This document shows, piece after piece, positions 1-9,230 of a stretch of 56,271 nucleotides of DNA. A program made the translations under genes and the position numbers. Within the stretch, counting starts at the first letter, position 1. The number at the start of each line of letters is the position of its first letter. The notes beneath the pieces were generated by a model. That model did not search any database. It worked only from the letters and a program-made list of their open reading frames with translations, and was not told where the DNA came from. This DNA is from an uncultured Sulfuritalea sp. (GTDB lineage Bacteria; Pseudomonadota; Gammaproteobacteria; Burkholderiales; Rhodocyclaceae): contig CAZYTN010000001.1 of the NCBI GenBank assembly GCA_964650115.1, forward strand, positions 3,236 to 59,506, in the 5' to 3' direction.

Positions 1-2160
1 GCCGAGCCGCAGCGCTATCTGCACGCCGCCGCGGAACCGGCGGCAGCCATCGTGGCAGAGGGAACGATCTACACCTGTCCGATGCATCCGGAGATCCGCC
101 AGCCGACGCCCGGCAACTGCCCGAAATGCGGCATGAGCCTGGAGCCCGAACTACCGGCGCTGGAGGACGAGGAAAATCCGGAGCTGATCGACTTCCGCCG
201 CCGCTTCTGGCGGACGCTGCCGCTCACGCTGGTGGTGACGATGCTCGCCATGGCCGGACACCGCCTGCAACTGCTGACGCCGCAAAGCCAGAGCTGGGTC
301 GAGTTGCTACTCTCGGCGCCGGTGATCCTCTGGGCCGGCTGGCCGTTCTTCGTGCGCGGCATGCAGTCGGTGCTGACGCGCAATCCCAACATGTGGACCC
401 TGATCGGTTCGGGCACGGCCGCCGCTTTCGGTTACAGCGTGGTCGCCACCGTCGCGCCGGAGGCCTTCCCCGCTTCCTTCGCCGAGCACGGCCGGGTCGG
501 CGTGTATTTCGAGGCGGCGGCGGTGATCGTCTCGCTGACCCTGCTCGGCCAGATCTTCGAGTTGCGTGCGCGCTCGCAGACCTCCGCCGCGATCAAGTCA
601 CTGCTCGGGCTGGCGCCCAGGACGGCGCGGCGCATCGCCGTCGACGGCAGCGAGGAAGACATCCCCCTGAGCCACGTCCATCTTGGCGACCGGCTGCGGG
701 TGCGCCCCGGCGAAAAGGTGCCGGTGGATGGCGCGGTGGAGGAAGGGCAAAGCGCGGTCGACGAATCCATGCTGACCGGCGAAGCCATTCCCGTGTCCAA
801 GCAGCCCGGCGACAAACTGATCGGGGCGACGATCAACGCCAGCGGCAGCCTGATCATGCGCGCCGAGAAAGTCGGCGCGGAAACCATGCTGGCGCAGATC
901 GTGCAGATGGTGGCCCAGGCCCAGCGCTCGCGGGCGCCGATGCAGCGGCTGGCCGACGTGGTGGCGGGTTACTTCGTCATGGTGGTGATGGGCATCGCCA
1001 CGCTCACCTTCTTCGGCTGGGGCCTGTTCGGCCCCGAACCGAGCTGGGTCTATGGCCTGATCAACGCGGTATCGGTGCTGATCATCGCCTGCCCCTGCGC
1101 CCTCGGGCTGGCGACGCCGATGTCGATCATGGTGGCCACCGGCAAGGCGGCCACGGCCGGCGTGCTGTTCCGCGATGCCGCCGCGATCGAACAATTGCGC
1201 ACCATCGACACGCTGATCGTGGACAAGACCGGGACGCTCACCGCAGGCAAGCCGGCCTTCCACAGCGCGGTCGCGGCGCCGGGTTTTAGCGAGGACGAGG
1301 TGCTGCGCATCGCGGCCAGCCTCGACCAGGGCAGCGAGCACCCGCTGGCGCACGCCATCGTCGCCGAGGCGAAGCAGCGCCAACTGGCGCTGGATACGCC
1401 GCAAGAATTTGAATCGGGTTCCGGCATCGGCGTGCGCGGCAAGCTGGCGGGCCGCGCGGTGATTCTCGGCAATACCATCCTGATGGAAGACGAGCACGTC
1501 GCCTGGAACGGACTGGCGGAGCAGGCCGAGGCCCTGCGGCAGGAGGGCGCCAGCGTCATGTATCTGGCGGTGGATGCGCAACTGGCTGGCCTGCTTGCGG
1601 TCGCCGATCCGATCAAGGCGTCGACCGCGGAAGCCCTCGCGGGACTCAAGGCCGCCGGCATCCGCGTCGTCATGGCCACCGGCGACGGCCTCACCACGGC
1701 GCGCGCCGTGGCCGCCCGTCTGGGCATCGACGAAGTGCATGGCGAGGTCAAACCGCGCGACAAGGTAGATCTCGTGGATCGCCTGCAGCGGGAAGGGCGC
1801 AAGGTCGCCATGGCCGGCGACGGCATCAACGATGCGCCGGCCCTGGCCAAGGCGAATGTCGGCATTGCCATGGGCACCGGCACCGACGTGGCCATGAACA
1901 GCGCCCAGGTCACACTGGTCAAGGGCGACCTGCGCGGCATCCTGCGCGCGCGGGCGCTGTCCGTCGCCACGGTCGGCAACATGCGCCAGAACCTGGCTTT
2001 CGCCTTTATCTACAACGCCCTCGGCGTACCGCTCGCGGCGGGACTGCTCTACCCGTTCAGCGGCCTGCTGCTGTCGCCGCTGATTGCGGCGCTGGCGATG
2101 AGCTTCAGTTCGGTCTCGGTCATCAGCAACGCCTTGCGCCTGCGCCGCGCCGAAATATGA
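1..2160 (+). CDS. copA: Heavy-metal (Cu+) translocating P1B-type ATPase, probably 5'-truncated by the window edge
   Basis: Frame is open from base 1. Motifs: YTCPMHP..CPKCGM metal-binding domain, TGE, CPC in TM6, DKTGT phosphorylation site, HP, GDGIND, and YN / MxxSS Cu(I) signature. Confidence 0.92.
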   Translation, partial: AEPQRYLHAAAEPAAAIVAEGTIYTCPMHPEIRQPTPGNCPKCGMSLEPELPALEDEENPELIDFRRRFWRTLPLTLVVTMLAMAGHRLQLLTPQSQSWVELLLSAPVILWAGWPFFVRGMQSVLTRNPNMWTLIGSGTAAAFGYSVVATVAPEAFPASFAEHGRVGVYFEAAAVIVSLTLLGQIFELRARSQTSAAIKSLLGLAPRTARRIAVDGSEEDIPLSHVHLGDRLRVRPGEKVPVDGAVEEGQSAVDESMLTGEAIPVSKQPGDKLIGATINASGSLIMRAEKVGAETMLAQIVQMVAQAQRSRAPMQRLADVVAGYFVMVVMGIATLTFFGWGLFGPEPSWVYGLINAVSVLIIACPCALGLATPMSIMVATGKAATAGVLFRDAAAIEQLRTIDTLIVDKTGTLTAGKPAFHSAVAAPGFSEDEVLRIAASLDQGSEHPLAHAIVAEAKQRQLALDTPQEFESGSGIGVRGKLAGRAVILGNTILMEDEHVAWNGLAEQAEALRQEGASVMYLAVDAQLAGLLAVADPIKASTAEALAGLKAAGIRVVMATGDGLTTARAVAARLGIDEVHGEVKPRDKVDLVDRLQREGRKVAMAGDGINDAPALAKANVGIAMGTGTDVAMNSAQVTLVKGDLRGILRARALSVATVGNMRQNLAFAFIYNALGVPLAAGLLYPFSGLLLSPLIAALAMSFSSVSVISNALRLRRAEI

Positions 2161-2262
2161 GGCAAGACGCGGCAGGATCGCATGCCGTCCCGCCAGCGCC
2201 GACTCCTGGAATTGCGAACCACGCCTGTTTGATCGCGGCTGGGCACTTCACGCCCGGAGCAA

Positions 2263-2496
2263 CTAGACTCCGTATTTGCGATACAGACAGAGCCGATTCC
2301 GGTCAAGACAGAATTCGCCGTAGGAAAATCTGCGGGCCTCCGGGCAGTTGAGTTGCGTTGGCATGCACACGAATAGCAAGCCGTCCTGTTCCCCCGTATC
2401 CAGATCAACGGCACACAGCGGAGCCACCAGGATTTCTTCCGGCGCGCGCGGACAGGAACAGGCGTCAATCGCGTTTTGCTTGTCGCTCATTTCCAT
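2263..2496 (-). CDS. Small Cys-rich hypothetical protein (77 aa)
   Basis: ORF directly downstream of the wHTH gene on the same strand, with 7 Cys and GGAAAG just before the ATG. No family recognised. Confidence 0.4.
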   Translation of the reverse strand: MEMSDKQNAIDACSCPRAPEEILVAPLCAVDLDTGEQDGLLFVCMPTQLNCPEARRFSYGEFCLDRNRLCLYRKYGV

Positions 2497-2518
2497 GCTT
2501 TCCAGGCAAATGCGCTGG

Positions 2519-2833
2519 TTAATGAAAAGACTGCAGCATGAACTGCTTGTAGGCAGCCAATGTCCTGGCCGTCAATGAATAGGCTACGCGCCGCCCATCG
2601 ATGCGCTGGGCCGCCTTTTTGATTATTCGATTGGTCAGGAGTTTCTTGAGCCTTCTTTGCAGAGTCGAGGGAGGCGCCAGCGTGAGCAAACCCAATTGCT
2701 TGAATCCGACCGGACATCCCGCTTCGTCGGCAGCCCCTATGGCGATGAGAATATCGTGTTCCTCCAACGAGCTGACAAATGGCAGAAGCTCACGGCGGGC
2801 CAGCGAAAGGTTTCGCAAACTTTGGAAAGACAT
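2519..2833 (-). CDS. Small winged-helix (MarR-like) DNA-binding protein
   Basis: From MSFQSL: HTH-like segment APPSTLQRRLKKL followed by wing motif DGRRVAYSLT. Start chosen at the internal ATG. Confidence 0.7.
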   Translation of the reverse strand: MSFQSLRNLSLARRELLPFVSSLEEHDILIAIGAADEAGCPVGFKQLGLLTLAPPSTLQRRLKKLLTNRIIKKAAQRIDGRRVAYSLTARTLAAYKQFMLQSFH

Positions 2834-3124
2834 ACTTTTTTGATAGGGTATTGATTCGTGTGAATTTTCTCCCCTACGGCCGATAGTACAACCCGGCAGT
2901 GAACTCACAAGAACAATTTGCATTCAGATTGAACGCTATATATCCAATGATGGCATTGGCATTTATGTCAGGAAACAAATTACAGCCCGTCTTCCCGATC
3001 CCGAATACCCCCATTCATTCGCGGCCGATCATGGATCGTTCCGCTCGCCGTCACGCCAGCGCCGACTTTTTATTTGAACGGCAGCGGGTGAAGTAAGGCG
3101 AACTCCCGCCGGATCAAATCCCGC

Positions 3125-5188
3125 TCATTCATCCTCGTCCTTGAGCTTGAAGCTGGCCGCCAGTTTCTGCTGCACCTGCGGCGGCACTTGCGCATAGCGG
3201 GCGAACTCGATGTTGTAGGCACCCTGCCCGCCCGTCAGCGACTTCAGGCGCGAGGCATAGTCGGCAATCTCGGCCAGCGGCACTTCGCCGCTGACGGCGA
3301 TCAGACCCTGGCGCCGCGCGGCGCTGCCGCTTTGCGTCCCGGTGACATGGCCGCGACGGCTGGCGAGGTCGCCGGCGATATCGCCCATCGCGGATTCCGG
3401 CGTGATCACCTCGATGCTGACGATGGGTTCCAGCACGATGGCAGCGGCGGCGCGAATGGCCTCCACCGTGGCCTTGCGCCCGGCGCTGAAAAAGGCCACG
3501 TCCTTGCCGTCCACCGCATGCGTCTTGCCGTCATAGACGATGACGCGGATGTCCTGCACCGGAAATCCCGCGATCACGCCATCGGTCAACGCCTGGCGCA
3601 CGCCTTTTTCGACCGAAGCCATGAATACGCCGGGAATCACGCCGCCCTTGACGCGATCGACGAACTCGAAGCCGGTGCCGCGCGGCAGCGGCTCGATCTT
3701 CAGATACACCTCGCCGAACTGTCCGGCGCCGCCCGACTGCTTCTTGTGCCGGCAGTGCCCCTCGGCACCGACCGTGACGGTCTCGGAGTAGGGAATCAGC
3801 GGCAGCCGGGTGTCCAGTTCCAGCTTGTACTGTGTCGCCATTTTTTCCAGCTTGTAGCGCAGATGCATCTCGCCCAGACCGCGGATCACGGTCTCGTGGG
3901 TGGTCGGGTGGCGCTCGACTTCGAAGCAGGGATCTTCCAGTTCCAGCTTGTGCAGGATGTCGAACAGACGCTGCTCATCGACCTTGCGTTTGGTCTCGAC
4001 GGCGAGGCCCTGCATCGGCCGGGGAAACTCCAGGGGGCGCAGATGGATGTTGTCTTCGTCGTGGGAGTCATGCAGCACGGCGTCGAAATCGATTTCCTCG
4101 ACCTTGGCCACGGCGCCGATATCGCCCGGCACCAGTTCATCGACTTCGACGTAGTCCTTGCCCTGCAACTGGTACAGATGGGCGACCTTGAAGGGGCGCT
4201 TGCCGTCGCCGACGAAAAGCTGGCCGTCCTTGCGCACCGTTCCCTGATGCACGCGGAAGACGCCAACCTTGCCCATGTAGGGGTCGACGATGATCTTGAA
4301 GACGTGGGCGAGCACATGCAGCGCGGCGTCGGGCCGGGCATCGAAGGCAAGGCCTGCCTGCCCCGGTTCGCCGCGATGGAACAGCGGCGGATTGCCTTCG
4401 GCGGGATTCGGCGCCAGGGAGGCCAGCACATGCAGCAGTTCCGCAATGCCGGCGCCGGTGCGCGCCGAGGCGAACAGGATGGGCACCAGATGGCCGGAGC
4501 GCAAAGCCTTCTCGAACGGGGCATGCAGTTCCGCTGCGACAGGATCCTTGCCCTCCTCCAGGTAGCGGGCGAGAAGCGACTCGTCCTCTTCCACCAGTTG
4601 GTCGATCAGTTCGCGGTGGGCGTGGGCGATCGAATCGAAATCCGCGTCACCTGCAGCGTGCTCCAGCACCTCGACCACGTCGCGACGATCATGCGCCGGC
4701 AGGTCGAGCAGCAGGCACTCCTTGCCGAAGCGTTCGCGGATTTCGCCGACCAAACCCGGCAGGTCGACATTCTCGGCATCGATCTTGTTGATCAAGATCA
4801 TCCGCGGCAGACCGCGCGCCTGGGCCGCATGCATCATGCGCTCGGTCGCCAGCTCGATGCCGGTCTGGGCGTTGATCACCACCACGGCGGTATCGACCCC
4901 AGCCAGCGCCGGGGTGGCCTGTCCGGCAAAATCAGGGTAGCCCGGGGTGTCGATGAGATGAACATGCACTCCCTCCCAGGCAAAGTTGACCAGTGCCGAA
5001 TTCAGCGAATGGCCGGCCGATTTTTCCTGTGTGTCGAAATCGCAGACGGTGTTGCCCTTCTCCACGCTGCCCCTGGCGGTAATCGCGCCGGCCTTGAACA
5101 GCAGCGCTTCGGCCAGAGTGGTCTTGCCGGCGCCGCCGTGGCCGACGAGGGCCAGGGCGCGGATGGATTCGGTGCTGTAGTTGGCCAT
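3125..5188 (-). CDS. fusA2: Elongation factor G-like protein (EF-G2)
   Basis: GHGGAGKTT, DTPG, NKID, GLGEMHL and KKQSGGAGQFG present. Switch I is GHSL instead of RGITI, as in EF-G2 paralogues. Confidence 0.9.
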   Translation of the reverse strand: MANYSTESIRALALVGHGGAGKTTLAEALLFKAGAITARGSVEKGNTVCDFDTQEKSAGHSLNSALVNFAWEGVHVHLIDTPGYPDFAGQATPALAGVDTAVVVINAQTGIELATERMMHAAQARGLPRMILINKIDAENVDLPGLVGEIRERFGKECLLLDLPAHDRRDVVEVLEHAAGDADFDSIAHAHRELIDQLVEEDESLLARYLEEGKDPVAAELHAPFEKALRSGHLVPILFASARTGAGIAELLHVLASLAPNPAEGNPPLFHRGEPGQAGLAFDARPDAALHVLAHVFKIIVDPYMGKVGVFRVHQGTVRKDGQLFVGDGKRPFKVAHLYQLQGKDYVEVDELVPGDIGAVAKVEEIDFDAVLHDSHDEDNIHLRPLEFPRPMQGLAVETKRKVDEQRLFDILHKLELEDPCFEVERHPTTHETVIRGLGEMHLRYKLEKMATQYKLELDTRLPLIPYSETVTVGAEGHCRHKKQSGGAGQFGEVYLKIEPLPRGTGFEFVDRVKGGVIPGVFMASVEKGVRQALTDGVIAGFPVQDIRVIVYDGKTHAVDGKDVAFFSAGRKATVEAIRAAAAIVLEPIVSIEVITPESAMGDIAGDLASRRGHVTGTQSGSAARRQGLIAVSGEVPLAEIADYASRLKSLTGGQGAYNIEFARYAQVPPQVQQKLAASFKLKDEDE

Positions 5189-5225
5189 GATGCAAACTCC
5201 CTGTTTATCTGTATTGGTTCAAATT

Positions 5226-5681
5226 TTACCCCGCTGCGCTGCTCCGGTCCCGTACGGAATCGTGATCGCGCGAGGGAATGCGCCAGAGCACCACGGCGGT
5301 GGAAATCCCGATCAAAGCGAGCAACCCCTGCAGCCATGGCCTGCCTGAGAAGGTCCAGATCGAGACGCAGATGGTCAGGCTCATCAGCGAGATGGCGATC
5401 ACCTTGATGCGGAAGGGAATGCTGTGGTGGCGCCGCCATTCGACGATCAACGGGCCCACGGTAGGGTTCTCGATCAAGCGACGATAGAAGGTCTCCGAAG
5501 CGCGCGCGTAACAGGCGGCCGCGACCAGGACGAAGGGCGTGGTCGGCAGGCCGGGCAAAAAGATGCCGATGATGCCGAGCAGCAGGGCAATGCTGCCGAA
5601 GGTCCACAACAGCACGCGCACCAGCAGCGAGGGATGCAGTTCCGACTCAGGGATTTCCCAGGGGGGTTTCTCTTCGATCAT
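5226..5681 (-). CDS. YbaN/DUF454 family inner membrane protein
   Basis: LGIIGIFLPGLPTTPFVLVAAACYARAS signature. Its ATG overlaps the upstream stop (ATGA). Confidence 0.88.
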   Translation of the reverse strand: MIEEKPPWEIPESELHPSLLVRVLLWTFGSIALLLGIIGIFLPGLPTTPFVLVAAACYARASETFYRRLIENPTVGPLIVEWRRHHSIPFRIKVIAISLMSLTICVSIWTFSGRPWLQGLLALIGISTAVVLWRIPSRDHDSVRDRSSAAG

Positions 5682-7576
5682 GCCAGCGAGCGTTCGATGA
5701 AATGCCGCGGCACCCTGGTCTTCGGCACGCGCCCGGAGAACCACCCGCGCACGTCCTGGTCGAGGCCGATGCCGTGCATGTAGTTGTAGAGCGCCTTGGT
5801 CAGCGCGACGCCGAGTGCATCGTGGTCGACGCCGGTCGGGTCGATGAAGCCGACGTCGTTCCTGGCGAAGGTTACCTGCGGCAGCGGCTTGAGCCTGACC
5901 CCGAACTGTTCGGGATGCAGGCCGACCGGCGAATGCACGGTGCAGGCAAAACGGTGGAAGAAGCCGGACTGGATGCAGCCCGCGGCGAACAGCTGGCGCA
6001 CGTATTCGAGGGCGTCGACCGTGTCCTGCACGGTCTGCGTCGGAAAGCCGTACATCAGGTAGGCATGGACCAGGATGCCGGCCTCGCTGAAGGCATGCGT
6101 GACGCGCGCCACCTGCGCCACCGAGACGCCCTTCTGCATGAGTTTCAGCAAACGGTCGGAGGCCACTTCGAGCCCGCCCGAGACCGCGATGCAACCGCTG
6201 CCGGCGAGTTCGGCGCAGAGCTCCGGGGTAAAGGATTTCTCGAAGCGGATGTTGCCCCACCAGGAAATTGCCCGGTTGCGCTTTTGCAACTCCACGGCGA
6301 GCGCTTTGAGCGCCTTGGGCGGAGCCGCCTCGTCGACGAAATGAAAGCCGGTCTGTCCGGTCTCGGCGATAACGGTTTCGATGCGGTCGGCCAGCGTCGT
6401 CGCCGTGACCGCCTCGTAGCGCGAGATATAGTCGAGCGAGACGTCGCAGAAGCTGCACTTCTTCCAGTAGCAGCCGTGGGCCACGGTCAGCTTGTTCCAG
6501 CGCGCGTCGGACCACAGCCGGTGCATGGGATTGAGCATGTCCAGCAACGACAGGTAGCGGTCCAGCGGCAGGCCGTCCCAGGTCGGCGTACCGGCCTCGG
6601 CGAAGGGAATGTCGGGTTCCCCGGCATCGACGTAACGCACCTGGTCGCCGATGCGCAGAAATGTACGCACCAGCCGGTCCTGCGGCCGCTGGCCCTGCAG
6701 GTGCTCCAGCAAGGCCAGCAGCGGACGCTCGCCGTCGTCGAGCGTGACGTAGTCGAAATGGTCGAAGACGCGCGGCGCGGCCAGTTCGCGCAACTCGGTA
6801 TTGACGAAGCCGCCGCCGAGCACGGTGACGATGGCGGGATCGTGCGCCTTGATCGCCTGCGCGATGCGAAAGGCGCCATAGACGTTGCCGGGGAAAGGCG
6901 CCGAGACCAGCACCAGGTCCGGCGCATGCCGCCGCACGGCATCCAGCGTCAATTCGCGCAATGTGCGATCGACCAGGTTTTCCGCCGCGGCCAGCGCCTG
7001 TGCCAGCGGCTCGAATGTGGCCTGGCTTTGCGCCAGCGATTCGGCATAGCGGACGAACTCGAAGCGCGCATCGACCGCCTCGCGCAGCACGTCGGCGACA
7101 TCGTCGAGGTAGAGCGTGGCGAAGTGCCGCGCGCGATCCGTTACCCCCAGTGCGCCGAAAGCCCAGGCCAGCGGATCGCCGCCCTCGTCATCGACATAGG
7201 CCTCGAGCGGTGCGAAACGCGGCCCTTCAGGCAGGAAATTGCGCCCGGCGATGCGATGCGCGATGGATGGGTCGCGCCCCTGGAGGAAGGCTACCGCGGA
7301 TTCGATGGTCGCCAGGTAGCGCTCGAAATTCCGCTCGAAGGCCTGCGCCCGTGGCGTGCGCTGCTGCGCCGGCAAGGCCTGGATCCATGCACGCAACGCG
7401 CGCAGGCCGTCGGGCGAAAACAGGCGCAGCACCAGCGCCAGAGCCAGGTCCTCCTGCACCGCCGTGTGGCCGCGCGAACGCAAGAAACCGGTCAGGTAGG
7501 CCGTCGACGGATAGGGCGTGTTCAACTGCGTCATCGGCGGGATGACGGAGAGAACGCGCGGCTGCCTGGCTAACAT
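5678..7576 (-). CDS. B12-binding domain radical SAM protein
   Basis: PPMTQLNTPYPSTAYL N-terminus, GCYWKKCSFC Cys cluster, FVDEAAPP and YLMYGFP. Start estimated; the ORF is open to 7669. Confidence 0.85.
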   Translation of the reverse strand: MLARQPRVLSVIPPMTQLNTPYPSTAYLTGFLRSRGHTAVQEDLALALVLRLFSPDGLRALRAWIQALPAQQRTPRAQAFERNFERYLATIESAVAFLQGRDPSIAHRIAGRNFLPEGPRFAPLEAYVDDEGGDPLAWAFGALGVTDRARHFATLYLDDVADVLREAVDARFEFVRYAESLAQSQATFEPLAQALAAAENLVDRTLRELTLDAVRRHAPDLVLVSAPFPGNVYGAFRIAQAIKAHDPAIVTVLGGGFVNTELRELAAPRVFDHFDYVTLDDGERPLLALLEHLQGQRPQDRLVRTFLRIGDQVRYVDAGEPDIPFAEAGTPTWDGLPLDRYLSLLDMLNPMHRLWSDARWNKLTVAHGCYWKKCSFCDVSLDYISRYEAVTATTLADRIETVIAETGQTGFHFVDEAAPPKALKALAVELQKRNRAISWWGNIRFEKSFTPELCAELAGSGCIAVSGGLEVASDRLLKLMQKGVSVAQVARVTHAFSEAGILVHAYLMYGFPTQTVQDTVDALEYVRQLFAAGCIQSGFFHRFACTVHSPVGLHPEQFGVRLKPLPQVTFARNDVGFIDPTGVDHDALGVALTKALYNYMHGIGLDQDVRGWFSGRVPKTRVPRHFIERSLA

Positions 7577-7672
7577 GACCAGCGGGATACTGACATCTCG
7601 CAATGATAGAGCCTTCGCCGGCATCGCCGGCGAATTGCCGCGCGCGACCCGCCGATTTGCTGCCGGCAAAGC

Positions 7673-8725
7673 CTATTCGTTGCGGAACAGGGAGCGGTTG
7701 CCGAACAGCGGCAGGTCGTAGTTGTTCGAATCGCGGCCTTCGACATATTCCTGATGGTAGCCATGGATGAGCTCGACCTCGCTCCTGGAACCGAAAATCA
7801 GGGGCGTGCGCTGGTGCAGGTCTGTCGGCTCTATGTCGAGGACGCGGCGGCGTCCGGTGATGGCGCCGCCGCCAGCCTGCTCCATGATGAAGGCTATGGG
7901 ATTGGCTTCGTGCAGGAGTCCCAGACGGCCGCTGGTTTCGCGGGTCTTGTCATCGACGGGATAGAGGAAGACGCCGCCCCTGACCAGCACGCGATAGGCT
8001 TCGGCGATCAGGGACGATACCCAGCGCATGCCGAAATCGCGAACCCGCGGTCCGGTCTTGCCGGCAAGGCATTCCTTGACGTAGCGTCGCACCGGCGGCT
8101 CCCAGAAGCGCTCGTTCGAAGCGTTGATGGCGAAGGTGGCGGCATTGTCCGGGATCACCACCTTCGGATGGGTGAGGACGAACTCGCCGATCTCGCGATC
8201 GAGCATGAAGACGTTGACGCCGTTGCCGGTGGTCAGCACCAGTCGCGTCGAAGCGCCATAGAGCATGAAGCCGGCCGTCACCAGGCTGCTTCCCGGCTGC
8301 AGGAAATCGCCGGCGGCAACGCCATCCTTCTCCGCCGGCGCGCGCAGTACCGAAAAAATCGTGCCGGACATGAAATTGATGTCGAGGTTGCCGGAGCCGT
8401 TGAGCGGATCGAAGAGCAGCAGATAGTTGCCGGACGGATATTTCGCCGGTATCGGCGTGATGCCCTCGACTGCCTTGGAACTGATGCCGGCCAGGCGCCC
8501 GGTGCGCACGGTCGACTCGACGATGGCATCGCTCGCGGCGCGCTCCAGATACGCCCGCAAATCCTCGTCGTCGGCGCCCAGTCCGCCGCGCGACACCCGG
8601 TGGCTGATGGTCTTGCAGGCGGTGACGATGTCGTTGAGCAGCACCGAAAAATCGCCGCGGGCGTCCTTGACGCGGCGCTGCTCCTCGATGATGAACTGGG
8701 TCAGCGTAATGCGTTCCTTGATCAT
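7673..8725 (-). CDS. fbp: Class 1 fructose-1,6-bisphosphatase homologue with degenerate metal-binding motifs
   Basis: TLTQFIIEEQ, FDPLNGS, INASNERFW, MRWVSS..RGGVFLYP and EANP. Start at MIKERIT. Confidence 0.85.
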   Translation of the reverse strand: MIKERITLTQFIIEEQRRVKDARGDFSVLLNDIVTACKTISHRVSRGGLGADDEDLRAYLERAASDAIVESTVRTGRLAGISSKAVEGITPIPAKYPSGNYLLLFDPLNGSGNLDINFMSGTIFSVLRAPAEKDGVAAGDFLQPGSSLVTAGFMLYGASTRLVLTTGNGVNVFMLDREIGEFVLTHPKVVIPDNAATFAINASNERFWEPPVRRYVKECLAGKTGPRVRDFGMRWVSSLIAEAYRVLVRGGVFLYPVDDKTRETSGRLGLLHEANPIAFIMEQAGGGAITGRRRVLDIEPTDLHQRTPLIFGSRSEVELIHGYHQEYVEGRDSNNYDLPLFGNRSLFRNE

Positions 8726-8817
8726 GGCAAATCTCCCCCGCGATAAAGCACCTTGGCCGCGCCTCTCGACCTCGACGTTTACACTGAACCGAAATCGTTC
8801 CGGGTTCAAGCCCGCCA

Positions 8818-8856
8818 TTCGACGGTGACGCTCTTGGCCAGGTTGCGCGGTTTGTC
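8818..8856 (-). other. Isolated copy of the glmS 3' end (att-like remnant)
   Basis: Minus strand GACAAACCGCGCAACCTGGCCAAGAGCGTCACCGTCGAA translates to DKPRNLAKSVTVE, the conserved GlmS C-terminus. No other glmS sequence is adjacent. Confidence 0.75.
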
Positions 8857-8925
8857 GCTACGGCCACTCGCCGGCAAAACGGGCTCGCTTAACCGGCTGC
8901 GCCGGTTAGCCTTCACTGCAAACCG
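8857..8925. repeat. Diverged member of the hairpin mini-element family seen at 23931 and 24284
   Basis: Shares TACGGCC..CGCTTAAC-[hairpin]-GTTAGCCT(T/G)CACTG..AAAC with the 24284-24342 element. Confidence 0.55.
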
Positions 8926-9184
8926 CGGCTGTTCTGAGCAAATAGAGTCGGAAACTCGCCCAACGCAGTAGCGAGAGTCTCCGAGCATCGCGTGCGAGTC
9001 TTATCAAAGGTAGAGTCGAGAACCCGCAATCATCTGCGAGATCCTCACATAAGCTCGTTCAATAATAGTCGAAACCCACCTAGCGGCAGACTGCTGTTCG
9101 GTCGAAGGGATGTATGGCATATAGCCACCGACAGGCCTCTTCGATCTGTAGAACAGTCTATTGCTTACGGGGAATGGCAGGCAG

Positions 9185-9208
9185 AAAAAACGGCGCCCGA
9201 AGGCGCCG
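9185..9208 (-). terminator. Rho-independent terminator after idrA
   Basis: Minus strand CGGCGCC-TTCG-GGCGCCG followed by TTTTTT, about 20 nt after the stop codon. Confidence 0.85.
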
Positions 9209-9230
9209 CTGAACAGGAGAGAAAAGCCGG

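Noticed and set aside
3188-7573. Long plus-strand ORFs 3188-5407 and 5702-7573
   Set aside because: Antisense shadows of EF-G2 and the radical SAM gene.
8806-8988. 60-aa ORF as a real gene or functional glmS
   Set aside because: A chance frame running through a hairpin element into the 13-codon glmS remnant.
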